Below are positions 60,271-64,000 of a DNA stretch of 64,000 bases, one piece after another. The notes beneath the pieces were generated by a model, which saw only the letters and a list, made by a program, of their open reading frames with translations, was not told where the DNA came from and did no database searches. A program made the position numbers and the translations under genes. Every line of letters begins with the position of its first letter. Within the stretch, counting starts at the first letter, position 1. The stretch covers positions 928,001 through 992,000 of the forward strand of contig CBDBLX010000002.1 in the NCBI GenBank assembly GCA_965207445.1, in the 5' to 3' direction. Origin of the DNA: Nitrosopumilus sp. GTDB lineage: Archaea; Thermoproteota; Nitrososphaeria; Nitrososphaerales; Nitrosopumilaceae.

Positions 60271-61942
60271 GAGGTTGGTGCGTAATTGACATTAGGCCTG
60301 CCTGTGACCCTTCTGTGAGCTTGGTTTATTGCACATTCAATCTACAAAAGACTGAAATCTATCTATAGTGCGTTTCGTTTTTGAATATACGTGTGTGTTT
60401 TAGCAGACAGATTATAGAACATGAAACGTGCAAGTGTAATAGCAGTCACTATCATTCGTATGATGGAATTTTTTGCCCTTTTTCATGAGCGCAGATAAAT
60501 CTGTTTAGGACGTTGATATTCCATGCAATTGATAATATTTTACCAAACCGCTTTTGGTTTTTGGCCAGGCGCATACGACAGTGTAGCCTGTGATTCTTTG
60601 TCTCTTCTGCTCCAAATATTGCCTCGATAAGTGCGCGTTGTTTGTATGCATCTTGGTCAAAGATCTCTGCTGCTTTTTTTCTGCTTGGTTTGCCACGGTT
60701 TGTATGACCTGCGCCATCTGTGTGATTGCGCTGCTTTATGTTCGGTTTCATGTTTGCATTGAATATTGTCTCGCAATTTTGATCCGAGTCGTATCCCTTG
60801 TCTCCGTTGAATAAGCGTTCTTCAATCTGTGTATAGTTTTTTACGAGAAAGCTGACCATATATGGAAGCATTGACGTGTCACTCACATTGCTTGGAGTTG
60901 TGTATGATGCAAGTATGATCTGATGTCCTGTTATCGCAGTAATGTGATATTTTAGGTACGTCTTGATGCGTGTCGGCTCAAAATCTTGTAGTACATGATT
61001 AGGTCTTTCTTGTTTTTCGTACCTGTCAGTCTCTACCCCACTACTGTCTATCCCAATTGGAGCTGTAGGTTCTTGTTTTACGTCTTGTTTACCGCTCTCA
61101 AAATCCTCGGATCCGTGCGTAAGTATGGTCTCTTTACCTTTTATCGGTACCGGATCTGTCCCCGATTTTTTAAGTTCAGTTAGACACATGTTGGCAGTAT
61201 GTGCCAAAATAGAATCAAGCCAGTCGAGATCAATTGTTTGCATATGTTTTGTTACCCAACTATAATCAGGCTTCGGCTCGTCAACCCATTCATCATGCAT
61301 ATGTACAAGATCATTTATCACGTCACGAAAAGGAATATTTTTTGCAACTTTTAAAAGACACAAAAAATCCATCTTGTCACGCGAGTGTACAGGCTTGCAT
61401 CCTCTATTTGTCTTCTTTTCCTTGCACGGATGTGGATTTTTCCGTATCGCCGACAGCAAGGTCTTGCGCATAAAATCCGGCTCAGATTTGCGTGCCTGTT
61501 CGTAATACAGCCAATAACCTTCGCGTCGCTTGTGTTGCTCTGTCACTGTACGGTCTGCCTCCTTGATTTGTTCTTATTTGAAACCCACACACTAAATTTA
61601 CACAAACAACAAGCAGACGTCACATTCATCACAAACAATGCATTGTAATGGACATCATTCTGTGTAGCATAGTATGTTGTGGCAACCCACCATACGTCGT
61701 CGTCCCACCACACTTCACAAACGATACGTTGATAACATTGGCTAGTCAACGTTGTTTAGCATCCCCTTTGGTGACATTACAATTATTCATTTGGGATGCC
61801 CCTATAAGTAACTTTTGGTATGCGCGCATATACTTTTATATATGAGCTTATTAAATATATGTACATAAAACTCTGGCGATATTTGCAGATGGCTTTGCAA
61901 GTACGATGCAAGTGGCGATTTGATGAATTACGCACCAACCAC
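60271..61942 (-). mobile_element. IS5/IS4-type element, intact copy (1672 bp)
   Basis: 17-bp TIR GAGGTTGGTGCGTAATT / AATTACGCACCAACCAC; 9-bp TSD GTTTGCTGG (60262-70, 61943-51). Confidence 0.95.
60452..61546 (-). CDS. IS5-like DDE transposase
   Basis: IDSSG, GDKGYD and Y.QR..IE..F motifs. Confidence 0.93.
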   Translation of the reverse strand: MTEQHKRREGYWLYYEQARKSEPDFMRKTLLSAIRKNPHPCKEKKTNRGCKPVHSRDKMDFLCLLKVAKNIPFRDVINDLVHMHDEWVDEPKPDYSWVTKHMQTIDLDWLDSILAHTANMCLTELKKSGTDPVPIKGKETILTHGSEDFESGKQDVKQEPTAPIGIDSSGVETDRYEKQERPNHVLQDFEPTRIKTYLKYHITAITGHQIILASYTTPSNVSDTSMLPYMVSFLVKNYTQIEERLFNGDKGYDSDQNCETIFNANMKPNIKQRNHTDGAGHTNRGKPSRKKAAEIFDQDAYKQRALIEAIFGAEETKNHRLHCRMRLAKNQKRFGKILSIAWNINVLNRFICAHEKGQKIPSYE

Positions 61943-61951
61943 GTTTGCTGG

Positions 61952-63369
61952 GAGGTTGGTGCGTAATTGACATTAACCTGCCTGTGACCCTTCTATGAAT
62001 TTACTCGGTTTATTGCACATTCAATCTGCAGAAGACTGAAATCTATCTATAGTGCGTTTTGTTTTTGAATATACATGTGTGTTGTTTTGACAGACATAGA
62101 TTATAGAACATGAAACGTGCAAGTGTGATAGCAGTCACTATCATTGATATGATGGAATCTTTTGCCCTTTTTCATGAGCGCAGATAAATCTGTTTAGGAC
62201 GTTGATATTCCATGCAATCGATAGTATTTTGCCAAACCGTTTTCTGTTTTTGGCCAGACGCATACGACAGTGTAGCCTATGATTCTTTGTCTCTTCTACT
62301 GCTCCAAATATTGCCTCGATAAGTGCGCGTTGTTTGTATGCATCTTTGTCAAAGATCTCCTCTGCCTTTTTTCTGCTTGGTGGTTTACCACGGTTTGTAT
62401 GACCTGCGCCATCTGTGTGATTGCGCTGCTTTATGTTCAGTTTCATGTTTGCATTGAATATTGTCTCACAGTTTTGATCCGAATGTATCTCTTGTCTCCG
62501 TTGAATAAGCACTCTTCAATCTGTGTATAGTTTTTTACGAGAAAGTTGACCATATATGGAAGCATTGATGTGTCACTCACATTGCTTGGAGTTGTGTATT
62601 ATGCAAGTATGATCTGGTGTCCGTTTATCGAGTAATATGATATTTTAGGTACATCTTGACGCGTGTCGGTTAAGTCTTGTAGTAAATGATTAGGTCTTTG
62701 TTGTTTTTCGTACATGTCAGTCTCTATACCCCACTACTGTCTATCCAAATCGGAACTGTAGGTTCTTTTTTTACGTCCTGTTTACTGCCCTTAAAATCCT
62801 CGGATCTGTGCGTAAGTATGGGCTCTTTACCTTTTATCGGTGTCGGATCTGTCCCAGATTTTCCAAGTTCATTTAGACACATATTGACAGTATATGCCAA
62901 AATAGAATCAAGCCAGTCGAGATCAATTGTTTGCATATGTTCGGTTACCCAAATAATCAGGCTCCAGCTCGTCAACCCATTCATCATGCATATGTCCAAG
63001 ATCATTTACCACGTCACGAAAAGGAATATTTTTTGCAACTTTTAGAAGACACAAAAAATCCATCTTGTCACGCGAGTGTACAGGTTTGCATCCGCCTCTA
63101 TTTGTCTTCTTTTCCTTGCGCGGATGTGGGTTTTTTCGTATCGTCGACAGCAAGGTCTTGCGCATAAAATCCTGCTCAGATTTGTGTGCCTGTTTGTAAT
63201 ACAGCCAGTAACCTTTGCGTCGCTTGTGTTGCTCTGTCATTGTACGGTCTGCCTCCTTGTTCTGTTCTTATTTGAAACCCATACACTAAATTTACACAAA
63301 CAACAAGCAGGCGCCACGATCATCACAAACCATGCATTGTAATGGGCGTCATTCTCGGTGTAGCATAGT
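61952..63369 (-). mobile_element. Tandem degenerate copy of the same IS5-like element (5' end interrupted)
   Basis: Starts GAGGTTGGTGCGTAATT right after the TSD; fragmented ORFs 62141-63240; homology ends at about 63369. Confidence 0.9.
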
Positions 63370-63609
63370 GATTTCATTAAAGATCCGATGGTTTTTACAA
63401 GCGATTTCGGCTAGGCAGGCGGGTACGGAGTGAAAAAATAGACGTAATTGGCACTATGTGTAGCAGATACCGTGTGGTGGCCAGAAGAGCGACGAGGAAT
63501 TGGTGTGTATATCCAGTGGCAGGTATTGGGTAATTTTTGATCATTTGGTTGAATTAATTTGACCTCGAGTGTCAAAAGGCGATGTGGCCATTAGTGTTTA
63601 ATGAATCAC
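63368..63609. mobile_element. Putative ~240-bp MITE
   Basis: Inverted ends GTGATTTCATTAAA / TTTAATGAATCAC; the left end coincides with the break in IS5 homology. Confidence 0.4.
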
Positions 63610-63737
63610 AACAAAATGGTACATCGACTAGTACTCGCTGATGCCATATTTAACGACTCTGCAGGCAGATCGTCTTGCGGCATCGACGAGGTGCGTATTT
63701 TTTGAAGACAGCCTATGTAGAAAGAGGGGACGGGTTC

Positions 63738-64000
63738 ATGCCCGACGTGTCCCTGGAAGATCTAAAAGCCGCCTACCGCAAAGAGCCTCCGGGCAAGTCC
63801 CGGGATAGACTGCAGGCAGCAGTTGGGTGAAAAAAGGGCAAGAGTGAGTCTGCAATAGCCGCCCAGCTCGGACGCAGCCAGAGCGTCATATCCGAGTGGC
63901 TCAACAGGCTACAATCAGAGGGCCTGGAGGGCAGGTATGACCGCAAGAGCCCCGGCAGGCCGTGCAGACTCACAAAAGAACAACAAGAACAGGCAAAGGC
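63738..64000 (+). pseudogene. Second IS630-family transposase (different subfamily), N-terminal part with an in-frame stop; runs off the window
   Basis: MPDVSLEDLKAAYRKE..RDRLQA..*..IAAQLGRSQSVISEWLNR...EGLEG.YDRKSPGRP.RLT.EQ; TGA at 63828-30; GC-rich. Confidence 0.8.

Noticed and set aside
63828..63830. TGA recoding (Sec or readthrough) in the IS630 relic
   Set aside because: A simple CGA>TGA nonsense change in a decaying IS region is more parsimonious.

Overview
The window looks like an AT-rich chromosome segment of an ammonia-oxidising archaeon (Nitrososphaerota, Nitrosopumilaceae-like). The inflated AT-rich spacers, low-complexity protein insertions and IS load suggest a host-associated lineage, but that is inference. 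The backbone is ordinary thaumarchaeal housekeeping: cofE, trxB, thi4, JAMM, rpo12-rps10-EF1a, FBP aldolase/phosphatase, DNA ligase, endA, argS, DRG GTPase, ilvC, nadM, purP and CBS-TrkH. Roughly a sixth to a fifth of the window is mobile DNA: two intact IS630 copies, four copies or derivatives of one IS5/IS4-type element, IS3, ISH3, IS903-like and IS630 relics, and at least two MITE families. There are two defence regions. The first (54-60 kb) is an intact four-gene type III-like restriction-modification operon. Its methyltransferase carries an in-frame C12 homopolymer near the start, making it a candidate phase-variable methylome switch in an archaeon. The second (19.7-20.9 kb) is an intact MNT-HEPN toxin-antitoxin pair inside the remains of a DUF1156/DUF499 locus. 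Other oddities include a histone-H1-like Lys/Ala repeat protein, an 83-bp MITE that repeatedly sits just upstream of core promoters, a three-level nested IS, and a frameshifting duplication in fbp that is probably an assembly error. All family assignments come from motif recognition by eye, not from database searches.
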